Positions 1-10,302 of a stretch of 47,891 nucleotides of DNA are shown piece after piece; position 1 is the first letter of the stretch; each line of letters starts with the position of its first letter. The position numbers and the translations under genes are program-made. This stretch comes from Roseiarcus sp. (GTDB taxonomy: Bacteria; Pseudomonadota; Alphaproteobacteria; Rhizobiales; Beijerinckiaceae): contig NZ_JBKQOT010000827.1 of the NCBI RefSeq assembly GCF_052145395.1, forward strand, positions 1 to 47,891. The letters are read 5' to 3'. The notes below the pieces were generated by a model, which did not search any database, was not told where the DNA came from, and was given only the letters and a program-made list of their open reading frames with translations.

Positions 1-2
1 TC

Positions 3-3000
3 GCCGGCGCGCTCGGCTGGTATTTCGATTCCGCCCAGCTTCAGGTCGTGATCGCCAAGTTCTGGGCCTACGCCGACGTCAACTATCGCGTCAGCGGCCG
101 GCGACTCGGAGACTTCACCACCTATCCGATCTTCAACAAGTATGGCGCGGTGAATCTCGGGGAGGTCGCAGGCGGCGTGAGGCTGTTCTGGGCGGAGTCC
201 GTCGCGGGCGTCCTCAACTGGTCGCTCGCGGCGCCGCTGTTCTCGATCAACTATGTGCTGCTCGACGCGCTTCTTCAGCGCAGCCTCCGCCCGATCAAGG
301 GCCTCGTCAGCCCGAAAGGCGTCGAGGGACTGGTCGAGCAGGGGGTGCGCGTGTTGCGCTGGGGCCTGTGGATGGCGCCGATCATCAACTCGTTCCTCCG
401 CCAAGCGCCCGATCCGAGCTGGTACAACCAGGACGGGGCGGTTCGCTCGGCGGTCGTCATCGGGGTCGATGGGAGTGAGACGCCCGAGACGTTCCGGCGG
501 TTCAGTCTCATCCTGTTCCTGGGTCTTCTCGCCTACGACTGGCTGCGCATTTTGATCTGGTTCGACCACATGGGGCTGAGGGTGGCGAGTCTCGTCAACC
601 TCTCGTTCCTCGGCGGCGACCGGGCGGATGAGGCGGCGGCGCGGTTCGTCGGGCACAACAGTCGCACCCGCGCGATCCCGGATGGAATCCGGCGGTTCGG
701 CACTTGGGCGCCCCTGCTGATCCCGTTCTACATTCCGCGCGGGTCCGAATGGGACTTCGCCTGGACGGGCGCTGAGAAGCTTGCGCGCGACGGCAGCCCG
801 ATGCCCGAGCCGATCCGCACGCTCGGACTTGCCTATGCCGCGGTGATCGCGCTCTTCGCCGCCGGCTCCGTCGCCATCGTTGCACGCGAGCGCCGCAAGT
901 CCGGACCGCCCGCCCCCTGGCTCGCCGGCGCGCCGCGCGAGCTTGCCCGCAATCCGCCATCCTATGTGTTCAACAACGGCGCGGTCGGGGTCGAGGTCTT
1001 TCGCGACGGCCGGGGGGCGGCCTTCGTCATGGGCGCCGAACGCGGCGGCGGCGGCATCGACCTGATCCGCCGTCCGCTCGAGCCGCTCCAGGCGCGCGGC
1101 CATTTCTTCTATGTGTCGGAGGATGGCGAGGCGCCGTGGTCGATCGGCTTCCAGCCCGCCCGCCGCGCCGGCGAATATCGGATCGAGGAGGCGGGCTTCC
1201 AACGCCTCGTGATCCATCATGCGCTGAACGGGATCGAGGCGCGGATGGAGATCGCGCCGGATGGCGGCCAAGCGGCCGTTCTGAGCTGGAAGATTCGGCT
1301 GACCGACCGGTCCGGCAAGTCCCGGCGCCTCCAGCTCACCAGCTTCTGCGAGGTCGCCGGGCACGAGACGGAGGCCTACGCGCGCGACCTCGACTTCGCG
1401 GGAATGCATGTCGAGACGATCTTCGTGCGCGCGCTGAACGCGATTCTCGCCCGCAACCGGCTGTTGCGCTCGGCGCGTGCAGATCGCGGCGAGACGGCGT
1501 TCTTCGCCGTCAAACCCGGCGCGGGCGCGGAGCTCGTCGGCTACGAGGATTCGCGCACCCGCTTCCTCGGGGAGGGGTCGCTGGCCAACCCCACCGGCTG
1601 CGAGCCCTGGCGCTGGCGGAAGCTCGACGACGAGGGCAAGCTCTGGACCTTCGATCCAGCCGCGAGCTTCACCGTCTTGATGTCGCTCGACGCAAACGGC
1701 GCGGCCGAGGCCGAATTCATCATGGGCCGCTCCGACAACGCCGTCTGGGCGGCGGAACTGATCGCCCGCCGCGTCGACCTGGCGCCGATGCCGGAGCCAG
1801 ACCTGCAAACGCTGATCTACGAAACGCGCGCCGTCGAACCGACGCACGCTCTGCCGAGCCGTTGGCCGTTCGCGCTCTCGGAGGACGGCAAGCGGCTAAG
1901 CCTGACGCACCGCACGCCGCGCCCGTGGGCCCACGTGATGGCGAACGAGCTCGGGATGTCGACCATGACGTCGAACGACGGCGAGGTATTTTCCGCCTTC
2001 GCCAACGCTCGCCAGAACGGCCTCACCGCGTTCCGCTTCGGCAGCGCGACTGTCGTTCAGCCCGGGCAGGTGCTCTACGTCCGCGACCTCGAGTGCGAGG
2101 AAACCGATTCGCCCGGTTTTTCCCCCTTTCAGCGCGAAGACGCGAAGCACCAGGTCACCTACGAGCCGGGCGTCGCGACCTTTTTCAAGGCGCGCGGCGG
2201 CCTGACGATGGAGACCGTGGTGTTCGTGCCGCCCGATCGCCCTTGCGACGTGCGCGTTCTGACCTTGCGCAACGTCGGCGACCGGCCCAAACGCCTGCGC
2301 ATCGTCCCGTTCTTCGACCTGGCGCTCGAGGAAAGCCCGAACGAGAGCGTCGGCAAGATCCGCGACGAGATGGTCGGCGCGACGCTTCTTTTCCAGAACC
2401 GCAACAACGACTTCGAGCGCGGCTTAGCCTTCGCCGCGACGAGCCTCGCCGCTTCCGCGACCGAGACGGTGCGGACGCGCTTTTTCGGCGGCCCGGGGCG
2501 GGACATCCGTACGCCGGCGATGGTCGAGACGGGCGCCCCGGACAGTGGGGCAAGCGACGACGGGCGGAGAGTCGCCGCCTTTTCCGGCGAACTGTCGCTG
2601 CCGCCGGGCGGGGAGGCGAAAATCGTCGTCGTTTTCGGTCAGGCGAAAAGCCGCGCCGAAGCGCTGGCGGCGGCCCGGCGCGTTTCAATCCCGGAGGCGG
2701 AGGCCGATCTCGCCGCGACCCGCGCGTCCTGGGCCGCGCGGCTCGGCAAGGTGGAAGTGCGCACCAACCGCCCGGACTTCGACCGGCTCGTCAACACCTG
2801 GCTGCCCTATCAGCTCTACGCCTCGCGGCTGTGGGGCCGGGTCGGGCCGAACCAGCGCGGCGGGGCGACCGGCTTCCGCGACCAGCTTCAGGACGTGCTG
2901 CCGCTCGCCCTCCTCGAGCCGCGGCTGACGCGAGCGCAGATCGTTCTTCACGCCAGTCAGCAGTTCCTCGAGGGGGATGTGCTGAAATGGTGGCATCGCG

Positions 3001-4148
3001 CGCCCAACGGCGGCACGGGCCTCGGACAGCGCACTAAGGCGAGCGATCCCCACCTCTGGCTGCCCTATGTGCTGGCCCGCTACGTGCGCGAGACGGGCGA
3101 CGCGAGCGTCCTCGACGAAGTCACTTCTTTTCTCGAAGGCGAGGCCGTGCCGGACAACCAGGAGACCTGGATCGTCATCCCGCGCGCCTCGCGCGAGACC
3201 GCCACCGTCTACGAGCACGCGCGGCTCACCATCGCCTTCACGCTCGATCATCTGGCCGAAAACGGGCTGCCGCTGCTCAGGGCGGGCGACTGGAACGATG
3301 GCATCGACGCGCTCGGCCGCCAAGAGATTGGCGCCAGCGTCTGGATGGGCTTCTTCTTCGCCAACGTGCTCGACGGCTTCATTCCGCTTGCGCGCGCCAA
3401 GGGCGACGAGGCCTTCGCGGCGGTCTGCGCCGATGCGCTTGCGGCGCAGCGCGCGGCCCTCGACGTCGGCTGGCGGGGCGACCACTACGTGCTCGACTTC
3501 GCCGACGACGGCCAGGTTCTGGACCAGCCCAACGCGATGACGACCGGCTGGGCGGCCTATTCCGGCGCCTGCGACGATGGCCGCGCGCTTGCGGCGCTGG
3601 AGGGCGGCCTGAGAGGCATCGAGCGGGCCGACCGCGTGCTGCTGCTCGAGACGCCATTTTACGAACACTCGCGTCCTTATCCGGGCCGGATTGCGGATTA
3701 TCCGCCCGGCGTGCGGGAGAACGGCGGACAATACAGCCACGGCGCGTCCTGGATCGTCGATGGTTTTGTCCGGCTCGCGGCCAACGCCCGCGCTCGGGGC
3801 GAGACCGATGCGGCCGCCCAGCTTTTCGCCCGCGCGTTCGAGATCTTCGAGAAAATCTCGCCGCTGAAGAAGACGGACCCGGAGCGCATCGCTGTCTATG
3901 GCCTCGTCCCGATCCAGCAGCCGGCCGACATCTACGACGGCTGGGGGCACGGCGGCCGGGGAGGGTGGTCGTGGTACACCGGGTCGGCCGCGCGCATGCT
4001 TTCGGCCGCCTACGCCATTCTGGGGATCGGGCAGGCCGATGGCGAGGTCGCACTCCGCGACGATCTTTTCGAGCGCAAAGGCGGCTTGCAGCTCGAGTCG
4101 CTGCGGATCGGCGACAGGACTTGGAGGCGCCAGAACGCTGCCGGTTGA
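3..4148 (+). CDS. Large membrane-associated GH94 glycoside phosphorylase (Cgs/NdvB C-terminal-like), 5' end outside the window
   Basis: The frame is open from base 3 (AGALGWYFDS...), so GTG 48 is internal. GH94 motifs GFRDQLQD, catalytic GDWND, ENGGQYSHG and GGWSWYTGSA are present. Two GH94N-like beta-sandwich segments follow a hydrophobic N-terminal region. Confidence 0.85.
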   Translation, partial: AGALGWYFDSAQLQVVIAKFWAYADVNYRVSGRRLGDFTTYPIFNKYGAVNLGEVAGGVRLFWAESVAGVLNWSLAAPLFSINYVLLDALLQRSLRPIKGLVSPKGVEGLVEQGVRVLRWGLWMAPIINSFLRQAPDPSWYNQDGAVRSAVVIGVDGSETPETFRRFSLILFLGLLAYDWLRILIWFDHMGLRVASLVNLSFLGGDRADEAAARFVGHNSRTRAIPDGIRRFGTWAPLLIPFYIPRGSEWDFAWTGAEKLARDGSPMPEPIRTLGLAYAAVIALFAAGSVAIVARERRKSGPPAPWLAGAPRELARNPPSYVFNNGAVGVEVFRDGRGAAFVMGAERGGGGIDLIRRPLEPLQARGHFFYVSEDGEAPWSIGFQPARRAGEYRIEEAGFQRLVIHHALNGIEARMEIAPDGGQAAVLSWKIRLTDRSGKSRRLQLTSFCEVAGHETEAYARDLDFAGMHVETIFVRALNAILARNRLLRSARADRGETAFFAVKPGAGAELVGYEDSRTRFLGEGSLANPTGCEPWRWRKLDDEGKLWTFDPAASFTVLMSLDANGAAEAEFIMGRSDNAVWAAELIARRVDLAPMPEPDLQTLIYETRAVEPTHALPSRWPFALSEDGKRLSLTHRTPRPWAHVMANELGMSTMTSNDGEVFSAFANARQNGLTAFRFGSATVVQPGQVLYVRDLECEETDSPGFSPFQREDAKHQVTYEPGVATFFKARGGLTMETVVFVPPDRPCDVRVLTLRNVGDRPKRLRIVPFFDLALEESPNESVGKIRDEMVGATLLFQNRNNDFERGLAFAATSLAASATETVRTRFFGGPGRDIRTPAMVETGAPDSGASDDGRRVAAFSGELSLPPGGEAKIVVVFGQAKSRAEALAAARRVSIPEAEADLAATRASWAARLGKVEVRTNRPDFDRLVNTWLPYQLYASRLWGRVGPNQRGGATGFRDQLQDVLPLALLEPRLTRAQIVLHASQQFLEGDVLKWWHRAPNGGTGLGQRTKASDPHLWLPYVLARYVRETGDASVLDEVTSFLEGEAVPDNQETWIVIPRASRETATVYEHARLTIAFTLDHLAENGLPLLRAGDWNDGIDALGRQEIGASVWMGFFFANVLDGFIPLARAKGDEAFAAVCADALAAQRAALDVGWRGDHYVLDFADDGQVLDQPNAMTTGWAAYSGACDDGRALAALEGGLRGIERADRVLLLETPFYEHSRPYPGRIADYPPGVRENGGQYSHGASWIVDGFVRLAANARARGETDAAAQLFARAFEIFEKISPLKKTDPERIAVYGLVPIQQPADIYDGWGHGGRGGWSWYTGSAARMLSAAYAILGIGQADGEVALRDDLFERKGGLQLESLRIGDRTWRRQNAAG

Positions 4149-4335
4149 TTCTGCTCGCGCCGCGCGGATTTTTCGATGAATTGGCAGGGTGCGACGTTTG
4201 GCGCCCGCTACTTTTGTCGAATGATCGCCTCAAAAGACGGCGTGCTGCGTTGCGGCAGGGCGCAGTTTCTGTCATGAGGCGCCCACAACAAGCCGCGCGC
4301 AGGACCGCTCGCCAAATGTCAGGGGGCTATACGCC

Positions 4336-6465
4336 ATGCTGTTAGGGATCATCATAGTCTGCGGACTGCTGTCCATCGTATACGGCGCGTATACGATCAG
4401 CAGCATCATGTCGGCGGACGCCGGCTCCCCGCGAATGCAGGAGATATCCGGCGCGGTCGCCGAAGGCGCGCAGGCCTATCTGCGCCGGCAATATACGACT
4501 ATCGCCGGCGTTGGCGTCGTCGTCTTCATCGCGCTCGGCCTGCTGCTCTCATGGACCGTGGCCATCGGCTTCGCCATCGGCGCGCTCCTGTCGGGCGCGG
4601 CCGGCTTCATCGGCATGAACGTCTCGGTGCGCGCCAACGTCCGCACCGCGCAGGCGGCGACGAAGTCGCTTGCCGGCGGCCTCGACATCGCCTTCCGCTC
4701 CGGCGCGGTCACCGGCATGCTGGTCGCCGGTCTCGCGCTGCTCGGAGTCTCCGGCTACTTCGGTTTCCTGACGGGGGTGCTCGGCTACGGCGTGGCGGAC
4801 CGCACGGTCATCGACGCGCTGGTCGCGCTCGGCTTCGGCGCCTCGCTGATCTCGATCTTCGCCCGTCTCGGCGGCGGCATCTTCACTAAGGGCGCCGACG
4901 TCGGCGCCGACCTCGTCGGCAAGGTCGAAGCCGGCATTCCCGAGGACGATCCGCGCAACCCGGCGACCATCGCCGACAACGTCGGCGACAACGTCGGCGA
5001 CTGCGCCGGCATGGCCGCGGACCTGTTCGAGACCTATGCGGTGACGGTCGTCGCCACGATGGTCCTTGCCTCGATCTTCTTCGAAGGCACGAACGCGCTC
5101 TGGTCGAGCATGATGTATCCGCTGGCAATCTGCGCAGCCTGCATCGTGACGTCAATCATCGGCACGTTCTTCGTCAAGCTCGGCGCCAACAACTCGATTA
5201 TGGGCGCGCTCTACAAGGGCCTCATCGCCACCGGCGTGCTGTCGATCCTCGGCCTTGCGCTCGCGACGACCTATGTGGTCGGCTGGGGCGAGATCGGCAC
5301 GGTCGCCGGCAAGTCGGTCGTTGGGGCGAACCTGTTCGTCTGCGGCCTGATCGGCCTCGCCGTCACCGGCCTCATCGTGGTGATCACCGAGTACTACACC
5401 GGCACGGGCAAGCGCCCGGTTGTCTCGATCGCCCAGGCGTCCGTCACCGGCCACGGCACCAACGTGATCCAGGGTCTCGCCGTGTCGCTCGAATCGACGG
5501 CGCTTCCGGCGCTGGTGATCGTGGCGGGCATCGTGTCCACCTATCAGCTTGCGGGCCTGTTCGGCACGGCGATCGCGGTCACCACCATGCTCGGCCTTGC
5601 TGGCATGATCGTCGCACTCGACGCGTTCGGCCCGGTCACCGACAACGCAGGCGGCATCGCCGAGATGGCGGGCCTGCCGAAGGAAGTCCGCCAGTCGACC
5701 GACGCACTCGATGCGGTCGGCAACACGACCAAGGCGATCACCAAGGGCTATGCGATCGGCTCCGCGGGCCTGGGCGCGCTGGTTCTGTTTGCGGCCTACA
5801 CCAACGACATCCGGCACTTCACCGAAATCGGCTCGCCGTATTTCAAGGACATCGGCGTTGTCGATTTCAACCTCTCCAACCCCTATGTCGTTGCGGGACT
5901 GATCTTCGGCGGGCTGATCCCCTACCTCTTCGCCGGAATCGCGATGACGGCGGTCGGCCGCGCGGCGGGATCGGTGGTCGTCGAGGTGCGCCGCCAGTTC
6001 AAGGAAATGCCGGGCATCATGCAGAGGACGCAGCGTCCGGACTACGGCCGCGCCGTCGACATGCTGACCAAGGCGGCGATCCGGGAAATGATCATTCCCT
6101 CGCTGCTGCCGGTGCTCGCGCCCTTCGTGGTCTATTTCGCCGCGCTTTGGATCTCGGGCTCGAAGGCCGCGGCCTTCGCCGCGCTCGGCGCTTCGCTGCT
6201 CGGCGTGATCGTCAACGGCCTGTTCGTCGCGATCTCGATGACCTCGGGCGGCGGCGCCTGGGACAACGCCAAGAAGAGCTTCGAGGACGGCTTCACCGAC
6301 AAGGACGGCGTCAAGCACTTCAAGGGCTCGGACGCCCACAAGGCGTCCGTCACCGGCGACACCGTCGGCGACCCCTACAAGGACACCGCCGGTCCCGCCG
6401 TCAACCCGGCGATCAAGATCACCAACATCGTCGCCCTGCTCCTGCTCGCCATCCTGGCGCACTGA
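4336..6465 (+). CDS. hppA: Membrane-bound H+-translocating pyrophosphatase, K+-independent type
   Basis: Motifs [20 protein letters not shown] and [10 protein letters not shown], with many TM segments. GNTTKA has Lys at the K+-dependence position. Confidence 0.95.
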   Translation: MLLGIIIVCGLLSIVYGAYTISSIMSADAGSPRMQEISGAVAEGAQAYLRRQYTTIAGVGVVVFIALGLLLSWTVAIGFAIGALLSGAAGFIGMNVSVRANVRTAQAATKSLAGGLDIAFRSGAVTGMLVAGLALLGVSGYFGFLTGVLGYGVADRTVIDALVALGFGASLISIFARLGGGIFTKGADVGADLVGKVEAGIPEDDPRNPATIADNVGDNVGDCAGMAADLFETYAVTVVATMVLASIFFEGTNALWSSMMYPLAICAACIVTSIIGTFFVKLGANNSIMGALYKGLIATGVLSILGLALATTYVVGWGEIGTVAGKSVVGANLFVCGLIGLAVTGLIVVITEYYTGTGKRPVVSIAQASVTGHGTNVIQGLAVSLESTALPALVIVAGIVSTYQLAGLFGTAIAVTTMLGLAGMIVALDAFGPVTDNAGGIAEMAGLPKEVRQSTDALDAVGNTTKAITKGYAIGSAGLGALVLFAAYTNDIRHFTEIGSPYFKDIGVVDFNLSNPYVVAGLIFGGLIPYLFAGIAMTAVGRAAGSVVVEVRRQFKEMPGIMQRTQRPDYGRAVDMLTKAAIREMIIPSLLPVLAPFVVYFAALWISGSKAAAFAALGASLLGVIVNGLFVAISMTSGGGAWDNAKKSFEDGFTDKDGVKHFKGSDAHKASVTGDTVGDPYKDTAGPAVNPAIKITNIVALLLLAILAH

Positions 6466-6480
6466 GGCTGAGGCAAACGC

Positions 6481-6523
6481 ATGCGGAAGGGGCGGGGCCT
6501 TGGCTCCGCCCCTTTCGCATTTT
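6481..6523 (+). terminator. Rho-independent terminator after hppA
   Basis: Stem ATGCGGAAGGGGCGG...CCGCCCCTTTCGCAT followed by a short T run. Confidence 0.75.
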
Positions 6524-6600
6524 CATAGCGTCGTCATAACGGATCGGACCTGCCCGGCCGACAAGTTTGGCGCGCGTTCCGAATGTGTAAGCATGCAAGC

Positions 6601-6851
6601 ATGCCCGCGTTTCAAACATACCCGCTAACGATCGAAGCGCACCCTGAGGACGACGGCTATCTTGCGTATTTTCCGACCTTGTCCGGTTGTCAGACTTGGG
6701 GCGATACCTACGAAGCGGCGGTTCGAAACGCAGAAGAGGCGCTGGCGGTCTATATCGACACCTTGATCGCCAACGGGGACCCGATCCCCGAAGCCAAAAT
6801 GAGCGCCGGGCCCACGGCGGGATCATCGTGCGGACCGACGTGGCGGCTTGA
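6601..6851 (+). pseudogene. hicB: HicB-family antitoxin (short form), frameshifted near its 3' end
   Basis: YPLTIEAHPEDDGYLAYFPTLSGCQTWGDTYEAAVRNAEEAL is HicB-like. The probable native tail GIIVRTDVAA* (TGA 6849-6851) is in another frame. Confidence 0.7.
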
Positions 6852-6855
6852 TGCG

Positions 6856-7005
6856 ATGTCGGAGCGGCTTCCGAGCGTCAGCGCCAAGGACGTCGTTCGC
6901 GTTCTGCAACGCGCCGGATTTCAGTCTCAGCGACAAAAGGGTAGTCACGTGACTTTGCGCAATCCCGAGTCGATCCGCGAGCTTGTCCGTCGAAACTCCA
7001 AGTGA
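6856..7005 (+). pseudogene. hicA: HicA-family mRNA interferase, internally deleted
   Basis: MSERLPSVSAKDVVRVLQRAGF..RQKGSHVTL carries the GSH catalytic His motif. The usual VP.H..L..G.L..I segment is missing between NPES and IRELV. Confidence 0.7.
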
Positions 7006-7042
7006 ATCCTGGATAATTTACAGAAAAAGGAAGTTACCTACT

Positions 7043-7812
7043 ATGGCGAGATTATGGCCTGAGGACTATTATGACGCGGTGACGCACTAAGCCTGGGCGC
7101 CCGACGAGTTGGATCATCTTAGCGACCCGGGGCGCGCGTCCAAGGGGCGGCCGAGTCCCTACGATACAGTCGAGCGCCTCCGCCGAATCGAAGTTCCGCT
7201 CAATCACATCCTCGCGTTTTTCTTCTCGATGGCGCCGGCATCCCTCATAGGAGAATTAGTCAAGCGCCACGTGGGAATCGAGCCGATGGGCGACGTCGCT
7301 TATCTTGGCAGGGAGTTTGAGCGGCAGGAGGTATTCGATTCTATAACTCAACCAGATTTCGCTTTCGACAACGATCATACGTTCCTGACCATCGAAACAA
7401 AGCTTAACTCCTATTCATCGATTGAACAGTTGCAAAAATACGCCTTTCTTCACGCGCTCATACGCGAGCGAAGGCCCGGTCGTAGACGTGGGATGTTATT
7501 CTTGACGCCTCAGACCAGCAATTGTTCGGGACAGCGGCGAAGTCCATTGCAGAGGCGCGATCCCAAGCGGCGAAGGCGCTGGTCGCAGGAGGGGCAAAAA
7601 AGCATACGGTACAAAAAATTGAGACTTCGCGGGCTCCCGAGTTGTTGGAGAATTCGAATCTGCTCGCAATCGGGCATTGTTCGTTCGGGCAGTTTATCGA
7701 ATTGGTCCAGCGCTACTATGACGCATCCGCTTCCGGGACGGTCGAGCAGCGCCTCTATCTCGGATTACTCGCGGAGCTGGAGAGGCGTGGTTTAGCGCGC
7801 GTAGGTGGATGA
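7043..7812 (+). pseudogene. PD-(D/E)XK nuclease-like protein, disrupted
   Basis: ATG 7043 lies downstream of AAGGA. There is an in-frame TAA at 7088-7090 and a frameshift at about 7505-7522. Motif QPDFAF...IETKL....EQLQKY. GC is visibly lower than the flanks. Confidence 0.6.
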
Positions 7813-8583
7813 AGCTCATCTGTCTCAACACCTGGGGCGGCCTTGCCGGCCGTGAAAAACTCCTCGGCTTCCTGAACGCCCATCGCGACGCCGATGTCCT
7901 CTGCCTCCAGGAGGTCTGGTCGGCGCGCTACCACGGGCTCGACGGCGCCGTCGCCGGCGGCCATCCGCTCGACCAGGACGCGATCATGGTCAAGGGCAAG
8001 CAGGAGATCAGCGCGCTGCTCGACCGACACCGTGTCTTCTTCCACCCACACCATCTCGATGACTACGGACTGATGATGCTGGTCGCCAAGAGACTCGACG
8101 TCGTCGACTCCGGCGACGTCTTCGTCCATCGCGAGCGCGGCTACGTCCCCGAAGGCGACATCGGCCATCATGCCCGCAACGTGCAGTTCGTCACCATCGA
8201 GACCCCTCAGGGCCGGGTCAGCGTGATGAATTTCCACGGGTTGTGGAACGGGCGGGGCAAGGGCGACAGCGACGACCGCCTCGCCCAGTCGCGCCGCATC
8301 CTCGATTTCCTGGGCGGCCGCCGCGAGCCGTTCGTGCTATGCGGCGATTTCAACCTCGCCCCGGATACGCAGAGCCTCAGAATGCTGGAAGATGCGGGCC
8401 TCAAAAACCTCGTCGCCGAGTTCGGCGTCGTCTCGACCCGCACCAGCCTCTACGCGCGGCCGGAGCGCTTCGCCGACTACGAGCCCCGGCGTGGACGTGT
8501 TCGCCTTCCGCGTGCTGCGCGACGAGGTCTCGGACCACGCGCCGCTGATGCTCCAATTCGGTCTGAGCGGAGCGCTCAGCTGA
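7809..8583 (+). pseudogene. Endonuclease/exonuclease/phosphatase (EEP) family protein, frameshifted at about 8481
   Basis: Motifs LNTWG, LCLQEV, NFHG and CGDFN. The terminal catalytic SDHAP motif is in a different frame (ORF 8392..8583). Confidence 0.75.
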
Positions 8584-9043
8584 ACTTGAACAGCCCGCCC
8601 CTCATGTTGCGCAGAAAGTCGGGCTCCGTGCCGCCGGTCGGGGTAGTGCGCGACACGTAGTCGAACACCTTGCCGTCCTGCATGCCGTAGTTGGCGACCC
8701 GCTCAACCTTGCCGCTCTTGTCGAAATAGACGGCGAGCACGTGCTGGTCGGTCATCTGTGTCGGCATGAAGGCGAGCGCCCGGTGCATCTTCTGCCCGAT
8801 GTAGTACCAGGCGTCGCCGCCGACGGTGGACGTCGTCGAGGGCGTGCCGAGCAGGGCCAGCGCCTGCGGCTTGGTCGTCCCCCCGACCTTGATCTGCGAC
8901 ACCGTCTCCTCGTCGACCTGATAGCCGCGGTCGAAGTCGCCGTCATAACCGACGCAGCCGCCGAGCGCCGAGCCAAGCGTCAGCGCGCCGGCCACCAGCA
9001 TAATCCGAGCGGCCCAATCACAGGCTTTCGGCTTTTCGCCCAT
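8576..9043 (-). CDS. bamE: Outer membrane protein assembly lipoprotein BamE
   Basis: Lipobox LGGC; SmpA/OmlA motifs LLGTPST, WYYIGQ and VYFD..G.V; RTTPTGG.E tail. It lies beside cbp3 and DUF177 as is usual in alphaproteobacteria. Confidence 0.9.
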   Translation of the reverse strand: MGEKPKACDWAARIMLVAGALTLGSALGGCVGYDGDFDRGYQVDEETVSQIKVGGTTKPQALALLGTPSTTSTVGGDAWYYIGQKMHRALAFMPTQMTDQHVLAVYFDKSGKVERVANYGMQDGKVFDYVSRTTPTGGTEPDFLRNMRGGLFKFS

Positions 9044-9173
9044 AAATAGTCTCCGTACCCGTCGCACCCTTTTTTCATCTTGCCAGCGCGACCGCGGATG
9101 CCTAACCCAAGCGACCGAGCAAATGCAAGGCGACGCCGGAATTGCCTTCAAGGCGTCGCGCAAGGCCCGTGTA

Positions 9174-9719
9174 ATGATCTTCGCCCGATGGCGCGCGCGG
9201 CGCGCGAGCCTCGCCCTCATCGAGCAGCTTCGCGGCGAGATCGTGGCCGCCGCCCGAAGACCTGCGCTTTATCGGACCCTGGAGGCGCCGGACCGGGTCG
9301 ACGGGCGATTCGAGCTGCTGACGCTGCATGTCGGGCTGGTGCTGCGCCGGCTCGTCGCGCTCGGCGGCCTTGGCGACCACATCGCCCAGGACCTGGTCAA
9401 CGCGCATTTCCTGCACCTCGACGACACGCTGCGTGAGCAGGCGCTCAGCGACATTTCCGTGTCGAAGCGCCTGAAGGCGATGAAGCAGGCTTTCTACGGA
9501 CGCAATGCGGCCTACGCTGCCGCGCTCGATTCGGGTTCGCGGGGGGACCTTGTGGCGGCGCTTGCCCGTAACGTCTACGGCGCGCCGGACGGCGCGCCCA
9601 AGGCGGTCGCGCTCGCCGACTACGTCGTTTCCGTCGACGCGTCGCTGGCCGAAACGCCGCTCGAGGATTTCGCCACAGGCCGCTTCCGCTTCCCGGACGG
9701 CCCGCTCGCCGGAGGTTGA
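9174..9719 (+). CDS. Ubiquinol-cytochrome c chaperone (Cbp3 family)
   Basis: AAR.PALY...PD.VDGRFELLTLH, D..LRE...SD..V.KR.K...AFYGR; divergent from bamE. Confidence 0.85.
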   Translation: MIFARWRARRASLALIEQLRGEIVAAARRPALYRTLEAPDRVDGRFELLTLHVGLVLRRLVALGGLGDHIAQDLVNAHFLHLDDTLREQALSDISVSKRLKAMKQAFYGRNAAYAAALDSGSRGDLVAALARNVYGAPDGAPKAVALADYVVSVDASLAETPLEDFATGRFRFPDGPLAGG

Positions 9720-9720
9720 C

Positions 9721-10248
9721 ATGCAGGAGCCATTCAGCCGCATGATCCGAGTCGACACGCTGCCCAAGGACGGCGAGACCCTTACGATCGAGGCCAATCC
9801 GTCCGAGCGCGAGGCGTTGGCCGCTTTCCTCAAGCTTCCGTCGATCCAGCGGCTCAGCGCGACTCTCATGGTGAAGCGGGCAGCCAAGGGCGGCGCACGG
9901 GTCATCGGAATGGTGCAGGGCGAGCTGACCCAGACTTGCGTGGTCACGCTCGAGCCGTTCCCGGCGGCGGTCGAGGAGGAGATTGACGTCCGCTTCGCTC
10001 CGAGCCACGACGAGAACGACAGGCGGCGGCCTGCGGAGCCGCTGGAGACCGTCTCCATGGCCGACGACGACGAGCCCGATCCGATCGTCGACGGCAAGAT
10101 TGACCTTGGCGCGCTCGCGGCGGAGTTTTTCGCCCTCGGCCTCGACCCCTATCCGCGCAAGCCCGGCGCCGAGTTCGAGCCGCCGGCCGAACCGGAAACA
10201 GAGGCCACGCCTTTCGCCGTGCTGCGGGGCGAGCCGAAGAAGGCCTAG
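9721..10248 (+). CDS. DUF177/YceD family protein
   Basis: TQTCVVTLEP, IDLG....EFFALGLDPYPRKPG. Confidence 0.88.
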   Translation: MQEPFSRMIRVDTLPKDGETLTIEANPSEREALAAFLKLPSIQRLSATLMVKRAAKGGARVIGMVQGELTQTCVVTLEPFPAAVEEEIDVRFAPSHDENDRRRPAEPLETVSMADDDEPDPIVDGKIDLGALAAEFFALGLDPYPRKPGAEFEPPAEPETEATPFAVLRGEPKKA

Positions 10249-10302
10249 CGAAAATGGCGAGCCGCGCCTAGCGCCGCGGCTCGGTACAGCGCCTAACCGC
10301 GC

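Noticed and set aside
1136-3037. 633-aa Arg-rich ORF overlapping the GH94 gene
   Set aside because: Alternate-frame shadow typical of high-GC DNA; low complexity and no motifs.
7809-8660. EEP as an intact 283-aa CDS
   Set aside because: The Arg-rich tail overlaps bamE and the catalytic SDH motif is in another frame.
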